A DNA stretch of 64,000 bases from Mycobacteriales bacterium (GTDB lineage: Bacteria; Actinomycetota; Actinomycetes; JAFAQI01): the NCBI GenBank assembly GCA_036268405.1, contig DATAUF010000002.1, positions 6,910 to 70,909 on the forward strand, in the 5' to 3' direction. The translations under genes were made by a program, and so were the position numbers. This document shows positions 34,641 through 43,468 of the stretch, one piece after another. The notes under the pieces were generated by a model. It was not told the origin of the DNA. It did no database searches and saw only the letters and a list, made by a program, of their open reading frames with translations. The number at the start of each line of letters is the position of its first letter. The stretch's first letter is position 1.

Positions 34641-36158
34641 ATGAGCTCACTCCCACGACCGAGCCGTCACCGCGCCCGTCGCAATGGCACCTTGGTTCTG
34701 GCTGCGGTTGTTGCTCTGCTTGCATCGGCGTGCGGAAGCCGGGAGTCGACCGCGAGCATCGTGGCGACCGAGCGAGGCGGCTCGAAGGTCTTGACGTCTG
34801 GTCAGCCCGGCGCGCCCGGTACGACTCCCGATGGCACCGCGACCTCCGCCACAGGGACGACCGGTGGCACGGTCGCCGGTGGCAGTGGGGGAAGCGCCCC
34901 GCCGGTTTCGGGCGCATCGGGAAGCGGCGGAACCGTGGCTGGCGGAGCCGGCCCATCGCCGGGTGCGGGCACCACGGGGAGCGGCGGCACGACCGGCGGC
35001 AGCGGCTCGACGTCGGCGACTTGCAGCGGTCACGCGAGCCCGATCAAGATCGGCGAGGTCGGAGCGTTCAGCGGCCTGGTCGGCGCAAGCATCCCGGGCG
35101 CGCACGCGGCACTGCCGGTGTGGGTGCGTTACGTCAACGCCCATGGAGGGATCGCCTGCCATCAGGTCGTGCTCTTCCAGGACGATGATCAGTCCAATCC
35201 CGCGATCAGCAGCTCGGACGTCCACACTCTCGTTCAGAGCGACCATGTCGCCGCAATCGTCGGAGACTGGGTCCCTCTTGACGTCGCGGGCTTCCGCCAG
35301 GCGATCGAGTCGGTGAAGGTCCCGGCAGTCGGTGGTGACATGGTCACCACCGACTGGAACCAGAGTCCGTACATGTACGGCGTCGGTGGTGCGGCCCGCG
35401 CGCAGTTCGTCGGTTCGGTCGCCGGTCAGGCCAAGCAAGGCTTGACCAGGATTGCGGTCTTCTACTGCATCGAGTCGACGGCGTGCACGAGCTACAACGC
35501 AGCGCTGGGGCCCCAGGGCGGGGCAGCGCACAACGGCCAGAAGGTCGTCTATACCGCAGCGACGTCGCTCACCCAGCCGGATTTCACGTCACAGTGTGAG
35601 AACGCCAAGAAGGCGAACGCACAGATCATCGTCGCGGCCGGCGACGACTCCTATGTGCAGCGGGCCGCGCGGTCGTGCGCCGGTATCAACTACTACCCGG
35701 TGATGGCACTGTCTGCGACGCAGGGCGACTTCGACAGGTCGGATCGCAACCTTCGCAAGGATGGCGCGTCACTCGGCAGTGCCGCGGCGCCGTACGTGCT
35801 GGACAACACCCCCGCGCTTCAGGCGTTCCACAGTGCGATGAAGGAGTACGCCCCGACCGCGCCAGTTGAGAACTCGGCGATCGTGACCTGGTCGGACGGC
35901 ATGATGTTCAAGGCGGCGATCGACGCGCTGGGACCGGCCGCCCAGACCGAAGACATCACCCCAGCGCTGGTCATGAAAGGTCTCAGCAGAATCAAGAGCG
36001 AGACCCTCGGCGGCTTGATCCCGCCGACGACGTACGGCGCGGGTGGCGGCTCGCGGTCGCCATCGCCGGAGATCCTCTGCTACTACCCGATGCTGTTCGG
36101 ACACAACGGAGAGTTCACTGCACCCGAGGGCAACAAGTACCTGTGCTTCAAGTTCTGA
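34641..36158 (+). CDS. ABC transporter substrate-binding lipoprotein (type-1 periplasmic binding fold, LivJ/K-like)
   Basis: Lipobox LLASAC; about 80-aa G/T/S-rich tether; then IKIGEVGAFSGL...VAAIVGD, typical of PBP type 1. Confidence 0.88.
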   Translation: MSSLPRPSRHRARRNGTLVLAAVVALLASACGSRESTASIVATERGGSKVLTSGQPGAPGTTPDGTATSATGTTGGTVAGGSGGSAPPVSGASGSGGTVAGGAGPSPGAGTTGSGGTTGGSGSTSATCSGHASPIKIGEVGAFSGLVGASIPGAHAALPVWVRYVNAHGGIACHQVVLFQDDDQSNPAISSSDVHTLVQSDHVAAIVGDWVPLDVAGFRQAIESVKVPAVGGDMVTTDWNQSPYMYGVGGAARAQFVGSVAGQAKQGLTRIAVFYCIESTACTSYNAALGPQGGAAHNGQKVVYTAATSLTQPDFTSQCENAKKANAQIIVAAGDDSYVQRAARSCAGINYYPVMALSATQGDFDRSDRNLRKDGASLGSAAAPYVLDNTPALQAFHSAMKEYAPTAPVENSAIVTWSDGMMFKAAIDALGPAAQTEDITPALVMKGLSRIKSETLGGLIPPTTYGAGGGSRSPSPEILCYYPMLFGHNGEFTAPEGNKYLCFKF

Positions 36159-36176
36159 CCGAGCGGCGAACCGCCG

Positions 36177-37064
36177 TCAGAGCAGTCGCAGGATCCCTTG
36201 TTCGCTGAAGCCGGCTCCCGTCTGGCCGTCGAGCTCGATGTCGGCGGCATCGTCGTAGGCGCTGAACGTCGGCGGTGGTCCGCCGGCGCCCATCGGTACC
36301 CAAAGGCCACCCCGCGCGCTTTGCATGTGCATCGTCAGCGTCTGCTCGTCGGCGGTGGTGAGCACCGCACCGTTGACGAGACCCGAGCCGTCCCGGCGCA
36401 GATCCATGCCCGTGACTGTCACGGTGTGATCCGGATACATCAGGAACCCGTGCGTCGTCCGCTTGTCGTCCATAGCTCGGAACTTCATGACGGTGAGGTC
36501 GAAGTCGGGAAGGCACGCGACGACAGCGACGTACTCAGCCCACGCGGCCGACTCGTCACGGGGACCCCAACTGCGGTCACGCCACCCTTGGCCCGTCACG
36601 GTGACGCGCTCGGAGCCGAGGGTGAGCTGTCCGCTGATGTCGGCGCCTTGCTGGAAGTGACGTAGCGGCACGTCGGCGACGAGGTCGGGGATCAAGCCGG
36701 TCGGTGAGTAGTCCGCGCAGACGAACCGGGGCGTCATCGCCAGGTCTGCCTTAAGCCCGGGTGCGTCGACGGTCACGGTGTTGTTCGCAACGTCGAAGCC
36801 GATGTGCTCGCTGCTGAAGCTGCCCCGCTCGAGCGGCTCGATCAGTTCCATCGCCTGTCCGGCCAGCACCACGCTGAACCTGGCGCGACGTCCTTCGGCG
36901 TTGGGCGAGGTCGAGACGTGGGCAACGCCGAATAGATCTTGGCCGGGGTCCCAAAATGCCAGGAAGGCGTTGTCTCGCCACGGTGCGTCGGTGGTCGGTG
37001 CGCCGGAGTGGATCGGCTGGCTGAGCTGGCCCCACGCGCTGTCCGGGATGGTCTCTGTGGTCAA
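36177..37064 (-). CDS. Uncharacterized protein, RD(R/H)SW-motif family (paralog 1)
   Basis: TTG 37064 with AAGGAG 10 nt upstream; GQGWRDRSWGPRD motif shared with 38751..39803 and the C-terminal half of 53722..55704. Confidence 0.75.
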   Translation of the reverse strand: MTTETIPDSAWGQLSQPIHSGAPTTDAPWRDNAFLAFWDPGQDLFGVAHVSTSPNAEGRRARFSVVLAGQAMELIEPLERGSFSSEHIGFDVANNTVTVDAPGLKADLAMTPRFVCADYSPTGLIPDLVADVPLRHFQQGADISGQLTLGSERVTVTGQGWRDRSWGPRDESAAWAEYVAVVACLPDFDLTVMKFRAMDDKRTTHGFLMYPDHTVTVTGMDLRRDGSGLVNGAVLTTADEQTLTMHMQSARGGLWVPMGAGGPPPTFSAYDDAADIELDGQTGAGFSEQGILRLL

Positions 37065-37098
37065 GACAGATGCTCCTTGCGGTGGTGTTGGCGATTCG

Positions 37099-37731
37099 CT
37101 AGCTGGTCTCAGTCACGATCGGTCGACGAACGATCTCGGTCGCGTCGGCGGTGGGTACGCCGAGGGCGCGCAGCGAGATCTCGGCGAAGGCGACTTCCGC
37201 GCCCTTGCCCAGACGGCCGTCGACGATGCTGCGCATCAGAGCTAACGATCCGCCCAGGATCGATGTCACGGCCACCTCGATATCGGTGACCTCGAAGCGC
37301 CCCGAGTCCACACCGAGATCGACCGCTCGGCGGGCAGCGGGTTGTACTGCGGTGGCGAACAGCGCGTCGGCGTGGTTGAGGTGAACGACCAGGCGAGCGA
37401 ACGCCGGGTCGTCGTAGGCCAGTCCGACGAACCGTCGGATGGCAACGCTCACGAGTTCGGCCGGATCGTCGACCGCGCCCGTCGCCAGTGCTTCGGCGAG
37501 CTCGCGCAGGCTCTCGGTGACGACCGCGTCGACGATGTCTTCCTTGGACTCGAAGTGGTTGTAGAACGAGCCGAGCGCCACGTCGGCGCGCTCGGTGATC
37601 TCGTTGATCCGCAGTCCGCTGACGCCCTTCTCGGTGATCAACGCACGGGTTGCCTCGGTGAGGCGCGCCCGGGTTCGCTCACGGCGGCGATCGGTGCGGG
37701 TGGGTGCGGGGTCGGGTTTCGTCTGCGTCAC
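37099..37731 (-). CDS. TetR family transcriptional regulator
   Basis: GTG start; HTH EKGVSGLRINEITERADVALGSFYNHFESKE. Confidence 0.9.
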   Translation of the reverse strand: MTQTKPDPAPTRTDRRRERTRARLTEATRALITEKGVSGLRINEITERADVALGSFYNHFESKEDIVDAVVTESLRELAEALATGAVDDPAELVSVAIRRFVGLAYDDPAFARLVVHLNHADALFATAVQPAARRAVDLGVDSGRFEVTDIEVAVTSILGGSLALMRSIVDGRLGKGAEVAFAEISLRALGVPTADATEIVRRPIVTETS

Positions 37732-37767
37732 GTCTATATGGTCTCAGGTCTCAGTCGTGAAATGAAG

Positions 37768-37779
37768 TTCAATATTGAA
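37768..37779. promoter_or_regulatory. Perfect 12-bp palindrome TTCAATATTGAA, candidate TetR operator
   Basis: Read directly; flanked by further GTTCA/TTCAA repeats (37766-37806) in the 116-nt divergent region. Confidence 0.4.
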
Positions 37780-37847
37780 GTTTCTTTCAACTATGGGTTA
37801 AGTTCACCTCACGAACCTGCTTGGGTAGGCGTGGCGAAGGGACAACG

Positions 37848-38723
37848 ATGCTGTCGACCGTGCTGATGTCCATCCCGCTGCCGCCCGTCAACGGTCATGC
37901 TCCGCATTCCTCCGAGACCGTCTTCGACATCTTCATCTTCATTCCGCTCGCGGTTGCGCTGGCTCTCGCGGTCCGGCAGATCCTCGGCCGCAAGGGCCCG
38001 GTGCTGCTCTACTGCATCATCGGCGGCGCATTCGCCGCCACCCTCGAGCCGGTCGTCGACGTGCTCGGTCTGGTCTTCCTCAAACAACACGGCGCGGTCG
38101 AGACATTCACCGTCCTCGGTCGCACGATGCCGCTGTATATCTGCTTCGTCTATCCCTGGTACGTCGGCGGCCTCGGCTACCTCGCCTACAAGCTGTTCCA
38201 GAACGGCATCACCGCGCGCGGGCTGTTTCAGCTGTGGGCGCTGGACTTCGTGATCGACATCTTCCTGGAGTCGCCCGGCATTCTTGCCAAGACGTACTCC
38301 TACTACGGTCACCAGCCGTTCAACATCTGGGGTTTCCCGCTGTGGTGGGGTTTCGTGAATCCTGTGATGCCGATGGCGGCCGGTGCCATGATCTACAAGA
38401 TCCTTCCGCGGCTGCGGGGTGTGCAGCTGCTCGCGATCATCCCGCTGATCCCGATGGCTGACGGCCTGGCCAATGGCGCGACGGCCTGGCCGATGTGGGT
38501 CACGCTCAACCAGCAGAACGTGTCCTACGTCTGGACCTACCTGGCGAGCTTCATCACGCTCGGGCTGGCGTTGTACTCGGTTTGGATGATCTCGCTGGTC
38601 GTCGCACGACCGGTCGAGGAGGTCGGGGACGAGTCGATCTTCGTCAAGCTCAAGGCGCTCGTCGCAAAGCCGGCCGCCGAGCTTCCCGCCGTTCCCGCCG
38701 CCTCGCTGACCCTGACTCACTGA
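37848..38723 (+). CDS. Uncharacterized polytopic membrane protein
   Basis: ATG 37848 with GAAGGGA RBS; at least 7 hydrophobic segments; W/F/Y-rich loop YYGHQPFNIWGFPLWWGF; no family recognized. Confidence 0.75.
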   Translation: MLSTVLMSIPLPPVNGHAPHSSETVFDIFIFIPLAVALALAVRQILGRKGPVLLYCIIGGAFAATLEPVVDVLGLVFLKQHGAVETFTVLGRTMPLYICFVYPWYVGGLGYLAYKLFQNGITARGLFQLWALDFVIDIFLESPGILAKTYSYYGHQPFNIWGFPLWWGFVNPVMPMAAGAMIYKILPRLRGVQLLAIIPLIPMADGLANGATAWPMWVTLNQQNVSYVWTYLASFITLGLALYSVWMISLVVARPVEEVGDESIFVKLKALVAKPAAELPAVPAASLTLTH

Positions 38724-38750
38724 TCTGCCGGACCTCGAGGAGATCACCGC

Positions 38751-39803
38751 ATGTCCATCGCGACGCATCCGCCGGAGAGCGATCTGATCCTGCCGTTGCC
38801 CGGCGCGGGTGAGGACTGGGATCCGCACACGATCCACACGCACTACTTCGGACTATCAGTGCCCGAGGCTGCGATCGGTGCCTTCATCTACATCCGCTAC
38901 CAGCCCGCGCTTGCGCTGTGCCAGGGCGGTGTCGTGATCTTCCGCGGCACGGACAACGTGTCGATCCTCGATGCCGAGCACGTCAACTACGAGATTACGA
39001 TGCCGTGGCCGCAGGTCGACGGCAATACGATCCGGACGGCCAACGGTCTGTCCATCGAGTTCGTCGAGCCGGGCCGGGTTGCGCGGGTGTCCTACGCCAG
39101 TGCGGACGGCTCGGTGTCGCTCGATGTGACACAGACCGCCGTTACGCCGCTCCTGGTTCGCGGGCACGTCATGCCCGGCGAGGAGGACCACCACGGCGAC
39201 CCGGGCCGGGTGCCTGGCGGCAGCGAGCAGTTCATGCACTGCGTCGGCGAGCTGGTGGTTGGTGGGGAGCGCTTCTCCGTCGACTGTTACGCGGCGCGCG
39301 ACCGATCGTGGCGGCAGGTACGCACCGAGACGCAGGGTGGCGTGCCGGTCCCGCCGGTCGGCTGGTCGCCGATGTACTTCGGTCCCGACCTGATCTTAAA
39401 CCAGATCAGCTTTGAGGCACCGGACACCGATCCGTCGTGGACGGGCATCTACGAGATGCCCGCGGACCGCCCGACCCATCACTTCGCGTGGCTCCAACAG
39501 GGCGAGGAGACCCTGAACATCGTCCGGGTGCGTCGCGAAGTCCTGGAGTTTCAGCCCTTGACCTTCGCGACGCTGCGCCAGCAGATCGAGGCCGAGGACG
39601 AGAACGGCCGGGTGCACCGATTCACCGGTGAGGCAATCGCGACCGCGGTCATCCCTGCCTGGCCGAATGTGTCGTTCCACGACAGCGTCTTCCGCTGGGA
39701 AGACGAGCAGGGTCGCATCACGCACTGCACGTATCAAGAGATCTGGTTCGACCGCTACCAGCGGGCAATGAAGGCGCGCGCCGCGCGCGGCGTACTGGTC
39801 TAG
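38751..39803 (+). CDS. Uncharacterized protein, RD(R/H)SW-motif family (paralog 2)
   Basis: GGAGA RBS; YAARDRSWRQVR motif; 350 aa. Confidence 0.78.
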   Translation: MSIATHPPESDLILPLPGAGEDWDPHTIHTHYFGLSVPEAAIGAFIYIRYQPALALCQGGVVIFRGTDNVSILDAEHVNYEITMPWPQVDGNTIRTANGLSIEFVEPGRVARVSYASADGSVSLDVTQTAVTPLLVRGHVMPGEEDHHGDPGRVPGGSEQFMHCVGELVVGGERFSVDCYAARDRSWRQVRTETQGGVPVPPVGWSPMYFGPDLILNQISFEAPDTDPSWTGIYEMPADRPTHHFAWLQQGEETLNIVRVRREVLEFQPLTFATLRQQIEAEDENGRVHRFTGEAIATAVIPAWPNVSFHDSVFRWEDEQGRITHCTYQEIWFDRYQRAMKARAARGVLV

Positions 39804-39821
39804 AGAAACAAGGAGCGCACC

Positions 39822-40934
39822 GTGGCACTCGCCAATACTCGTGACCCGCAGGAGTCCGCAGCCCAGCTGTCGGCCTGGCTGCAGACCAAGCTCGACGGAG
39901 CGACCGACGTCGTCGTGACCGACGTCGAGACGCCCCAGGCAAGCGGGATGTCCAACGAGACGCTGCTGTTCACCGCGTCGTGGACCTCCGACGGTGCGCC
40001 GCAAAGTCGTCGGTACGTCGCGCGGGTTGCCCCGACGGCTGCCGGCGTCTTCCCGCGCTACGACCTAGTAGCCGAGCAGCGGGTGATGCAGGCGCTCAAC
40101 GCACACAGCGAGGCGCCGACGCCGGCGACGCCGTGGGTGGAGACCGACGAGTCGGTGCTGGGGTCGCAGTTCCTGGTCATGGAGCGGCTCGACGGCCGGG
40201 TTGCGTCCGACGATCCGCCGTTCACAGCTGCGGGCTGGGTGCTCGACCTCACGCCGGAACAGCGCGCCTCGATGTGCGACAACGCGTTGGTGGCCCTCGC
40301 TGCGATCCACAAGGCTGACTACCTGGAGCTCGGCCTCGGCTTCCTCGACCGTCCGGATCTCGGCAAGACGCCCCTCGACCAGCAGATCGCCGACTGGACG
40401 CAAACCTATGACTGGGCGCGCGAGGACGAGATCAACCCAACGATTGCCGCCGGCTTCGAGTGGATCGCGGCGAACCGGCCGACCGACGAGCAGACCGTTC
40501 TCAACTGGGGTGACGCCCGGATCGGCAACATGCTGGTCGCGGATGACATGACCATCAACGGTGTTCTTGACTGGGAGATGGTCACGATCGGCTCGCCGGA
40601 TCAGGACCTGGGGTGGTGGCTGTTCTTGCTGCGCCACCACACAGAAGGAATCGGCATGGAGCTTCCCGCCGGCTTCCCTAGTCGCGAGCAAACCATCGCG
40701 CGCTATGAGGAGCTGTCAGGCAATCGCGTCGAGAACATCGACTTCTACGAGGCGTTCGCCGCGTTGAAGCTGTCGATCCTCATGCACCGCGCGGGCAACA
40801 TGATGATCGCTGGCGGGATGCTCCCGCCGGATGCGCCGATGAAGTTCAGCAACCCGGCCAGCCAGCTGCTGGCGAAGCTGATCGGTGCGCCGGCACCCAC
40901 GGGTACCTCGCAGAGCTTCATCGGCAACCGCTAA
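39822..40934 (+). CDS. Phosphotransferase (APH/aminoglycoside-phosphotransferase-like kinase fold)
   Basis: GTG with AAGGAG 6 nt upstream; SGMSNETLLF, FLVMERLDG, NWGDARIGNML (catalytic loop), LDWEM. Confidence 0.88.
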   Translation: MALANTRDPQESAAQLSAWLQTKLDGATDVVVTDVETPQASGMSNETLLFTASWTSDGAPQSRRYVARVAPTAAGVFPRYDLVAEQRVMQALNAHSEAPTPATPWVETDESVLGSQFLVMERLDGRVASDDPPFTAAGWVLDLTPEQRASMCDNALVALAAIHKADYLELGLGFLDRPDLGKTPLDQQIADWTQTYDWAREDEINPTIAAGFEWIAANRPTDEQTVLNWGDARIGNMLVADDMTINGVLDWEMVTIGSPDQDLGWWLFLLRHHTEGIGMELPAGFPSREQTIARYEELSGNRVENIDFYEAFAALKLSILMHRAGNMMIAGGMLPPDAPMKFSNPASQLLAKLIGAPAPTGTSQSFIGNR

Positions 40935-40944
40935 CCCCAGCAGC

Positions 40945-41040
40945 ATCGAAGTAGCACACAACTCTCGCCGAACGCCCGCGCGAATCGGACATCAGGTCTC
41001 ACGGCGCCGCGTGGGAGCTTGAGTTGTGTGCTCCTTCGAT
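40945..41040. terminator. Long inverted repeat (20-nt arms, 19/20 complementary, 56-nt loop) between convergent genes
   Basis: Left arm atcgaagtagcacacaactc (40945-40964); right arm gagttgtgtgctccttcgat (41021-41040); each arm lies 10-11 nt from the adjacent stop codon. Confidence 0.35.
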
Positions 41041-41051
41041 CCGAGCAGGGG

Positions 41052-42683
41052 CTAGGACCTGCGCAGGGCTCGCTTCGCTTTGGCGACCGCGCCGCCACCG
41101 CGACCGCTCCGCTTGATCATCGTCTTGGCGGCGACCATGCCGGGGATGCCGCTGATGCCGCCGGTGGGATGGGTGCCGGCGCCGGTGATCCAGAGGCCCG
41201 GCACCGGCGTCTCGTAGCCGCCGAAGCCCTGCGCCGGACGCAGCGGTCCGAAGCGCCACATCGTGGGCTCGACGTGGTAGACGTTTCCGTCCGGAACGTT
41301 GAAGCGCTCCGCAAGATCGGGCGCGGAGTAGACGCGTCGGCCGATCTCAAGAGTGTCCAGTCCTTCATAGACCGTGGCGCACTCCTTGAGGACGCGGTTG
41401 CCGATCTCGTCGCGGACGTCAGCCCAGGGCACGTCGGGGTTGCGCGGCACGATGCCCGACCACAGCCAGAAGGTGTCCTGCCCCTCCGGTGCTTGGGTCG
41501 GGTCGATGGCCGACGGCACGATCCCGATGAAGCAGATCGGGTCGGGCCAGCGCCTGCCGACGACGTTGTTCCACGAGTCGATGTGGTTCTCGTAGCTCTG
41601 CCAGCTCACGATCGGACGGCGAAGGTCCAGCCCGTCCTTGCGCCAAGCATTGTGACGCGGCGTCGTGATCCTGCCTGATGCCGCGACGTCGATCTTCAAC
41701 GTCGTCGTCTCCAACACGTTCGTCGGGATGCGATCGGCGCGGCGTTGCAGATGCTCGGGAAGGACGTCGCGAGGTAGCAGCTGAGAAAGCGTCGCCTTCG
41801 GGCTGCACGAAGCCATGACCTGCGACGCGCGCAGCTCCTCGCCGTCGGCCAGCCGGACTCCGGTGACCGCGCCAGCCGTGACCAGCAACTCGTCGACCCG
41901 AGCCGACGTGCGAACCGTCGTGCCGTGATCGATCAGCCAGGCGTTCAGTGCATTCGTCAGCGCTCCGGTGCCGCCTTCGAACCGCGCCGAGTTGGTGCGG
42001 TGACACATCGCGATATAGATCAGGGCCCAGCCCGTACCGTCCTGCGCCATCCAGCAGAACGGCGGCATCGAGGCGAGCGCGCCGCGAACCAACGGATGGT
42101 CGAACCGCTCCTCGATGACCTCGGCGTGCGAGGTGGTCAGGAAGCTGAGCAACGGCGCGAGATCCTTGCGCCGGCGTACCGCCACCGGGAGGGCCTTGAG
42201 GACGTCGCGCGGGTTCGGGCGGAGTGGGTGGCCGAGCATGAGCGGCATGACCAGGTCCATCGCCGCGTCGAGGGAGTTCGCGAACTCCAGGTAGTTGGCG
42301 GCGTCGTGGGGGGAGAAGTGACGGATCTCGTCCGCGGTCTTGCGGGGGTCGCACCAGAACGCCAGCGACGGTCCCTCGGGGTCCAGATGGACGTGGAACG
42401 GATCGGCGATGAGCTGCTTGAAGCCGTAGCGCGACAGGTCGAAGTCGCGCTCGATCGACGTCGCCCGGAACAGCGACGCCTGGATCCCGCCTTCGTTGAT
42501 CCGGTGGTTCGGAGCGCCGGGAATCACGGCGTTGGTGGAGATCATGCCGCCGACGCCGGGCGACGCCTCGAGCACCGTGACCTCGAATCCGGCCTTGCGG
42601 AGGTACGCAGCAGCCACCAGTCCGTTATGGCCGGCACCGACCACGATCACGTCGGCGTTGCCCTTGGTCGATCCGATCGTCAT
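41052..42683 (-). CDS. NAD(P)/FAD-dependent oxidoreductase, phytoene desaturase (CrtI)-like family
   Basis: ATG 42683 with GAAGAGG RBS; dinucleotide fold VIVVGAGHNGLVAAAYLRKAGFEVTVLEA; 543 aa. Confidence 0.85.
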   Translation of the reverse strand: MTIGSTKGNADVIVVGAGHNGLVAAAYLRKAGFEVTVLEASPGVGGMISTNAVIPGAPNHRINEGGIQASLFRATSIERDFDLSRYGFKQLIADPFHVHLDPEGPSLAFWCDPRKTADEIRHFSPHDAANYLEFANSLDAAMDLVMPLMLGHPLRPNPRDVLKALPVAVRRRKDLAPLLSFLTTSHAEVIEERFDHPLVRGALASMPPFCWMAQDGTGWALIYIAMCHRTNSARFEGGTGALTNALNAWLIDHGTTVRTSARVDELLVTAGAVTGVRLADGEELRASQVMASCSPKATLSQLLPRDVLPEHLQRRADRIPTNVLETTTLKIDVAASGRITTPRHNAWRKDGLDLRRPIVSWQSYENHIDSWNNVVGRRWPDPICFIGIVPSAIDPTQAPEGQDTFWLWSGIVPRNPDVPWADVRDEIGNRVLKECATVYEGLDTLEIGRRVYSAPDLAERFNVPDGNVYHVEPTMWRFGPLRPAQGFGGYETPVPGLWITGAGTHPTGGISGIPGMVAAKTMIKRSGRGGGAVAKAKRALRRS

Positions 42684-42733
42684 CCCGACCTCTTCCGCGC
42701 GGTTCACCCTCAACCTAGACAAGGCTGAATGAT

Positions 42734-42752
42734 TTTTCAATAATGACTAGAA
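42734..42752 (-). promoter_or_regulatory. AT-rich 19-nt element, copy G (TTCTAGTCATTATTGAAAA)
   Basis: Reverse complement of ttttcaataatgactagaa; 15/19 identical to copy A; in the divergent region between the CrtI-like gene and membrane protein 42773. Confidence 0.45.
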
Positions 42753-42772
42753 TTTCAGAAAAGGGAGGCTCC

Positions 42773-43468
42773 ATGAAGGTCAACACGCAGAAGGCGTATG
42801 CCTACAGCGGTGTCGCGATGATGGTTATGCTGCTGGCCGCGCTCCTCATCGCTGGGTGGCTGCCGCCTCCGGGACCGCACGAGTCCGCCCGACAAGTTGC
42901 GCACGACTATCAGGCCCACACCACGGCGATCCGCATCGGAATGATGGTGGGGATCTTCGGCGCCGCACTGCTCGGTCCGTTCGTCGCATCGATCGCCGTC
43001 CAGATGCGACGCATCGACGACGGCGTCGGCCCATCGGCCTACTGCCAGCTCGCGCTGGGTTCCATGTTGATCATCGAGTTCGTTCTCCCGTTCATGATCT
43101 TCGAGGTTGCTGCCTTCAGGCCGGACCGCTCCCCGGACATCACGCTGGCCCTCAGCGACATCGGATGGATCCTGCTCGTCGCCACGGTGAGTACCGCGGT
43201 GGTCGAGCTGCTTCTGGTCGGACTCGCGATCGGCGCCGACAAGCACGAGACGCCTATCTTCCCGAAGTGGGCGGCGACGTTCAGCTATTTCGTCGCGGCG
43301 GTGTTCAGCCTCGGCGCCGGTGCGGTCTTCACTGAGCACGGCCCGTTCGCGTGGAACGGGTTGCTGTCGTTCTGGGTGCCGCTCAGTGTGTTCGGCGCCT
43401 GGCTTCTCGTGATGACGGTGCTGTTGGCTCGGGCGATCGACTCGCAGGCGGTCGAGCTCACGCGATGA
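42773..43468 (+). CDS. Uncharacterized membrane protein (6 predicted TM)
   Basis: ATG 42773 with GGGAGG RBS; repeated hydrophobic segments; no family recognized. Confidence 0.72.
   Translation: MKVNTQKAYAYSGVAMMVMLLAALLIAGWLPPPGPHESARQVAHDYQAHTTAIRIGMMVGIFGAALLGPFVASIAVQMRRIDDGVGPSAYCQLALGSMLIIEFVLPFMIFEVAAFRPDRSPDITLALSDIGWILLVATVSTAVVELLLVGLAIGADKHETPIFPKWAATFSYFVAAVFSLGAGAVFTEHGPFAWNGLLSFWVPLSVFGAWLLVMTVLLARAIDSQAVELTR

Noticed and set aside
34780-35030. Possible DNA tandem repeat or PE-PGRS-like element in the GGT/GGC-rich stretch
   Set aside because: The repeats are imperfect at the nucleotide level and lie in frame within the binding-lipoprotein gene. I interpret it as a low-complexity linker, not a repeat element.
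7638-42752. Whether the AT-rich elements are KstR/KstR2 cholesterol-regulon operators
   Set aside because: The sequences do not fit TnnAACnnGTTnnA or AnCAAGnnCTTGnT as I recall them, so I did not label the cluster a KstR regulon.
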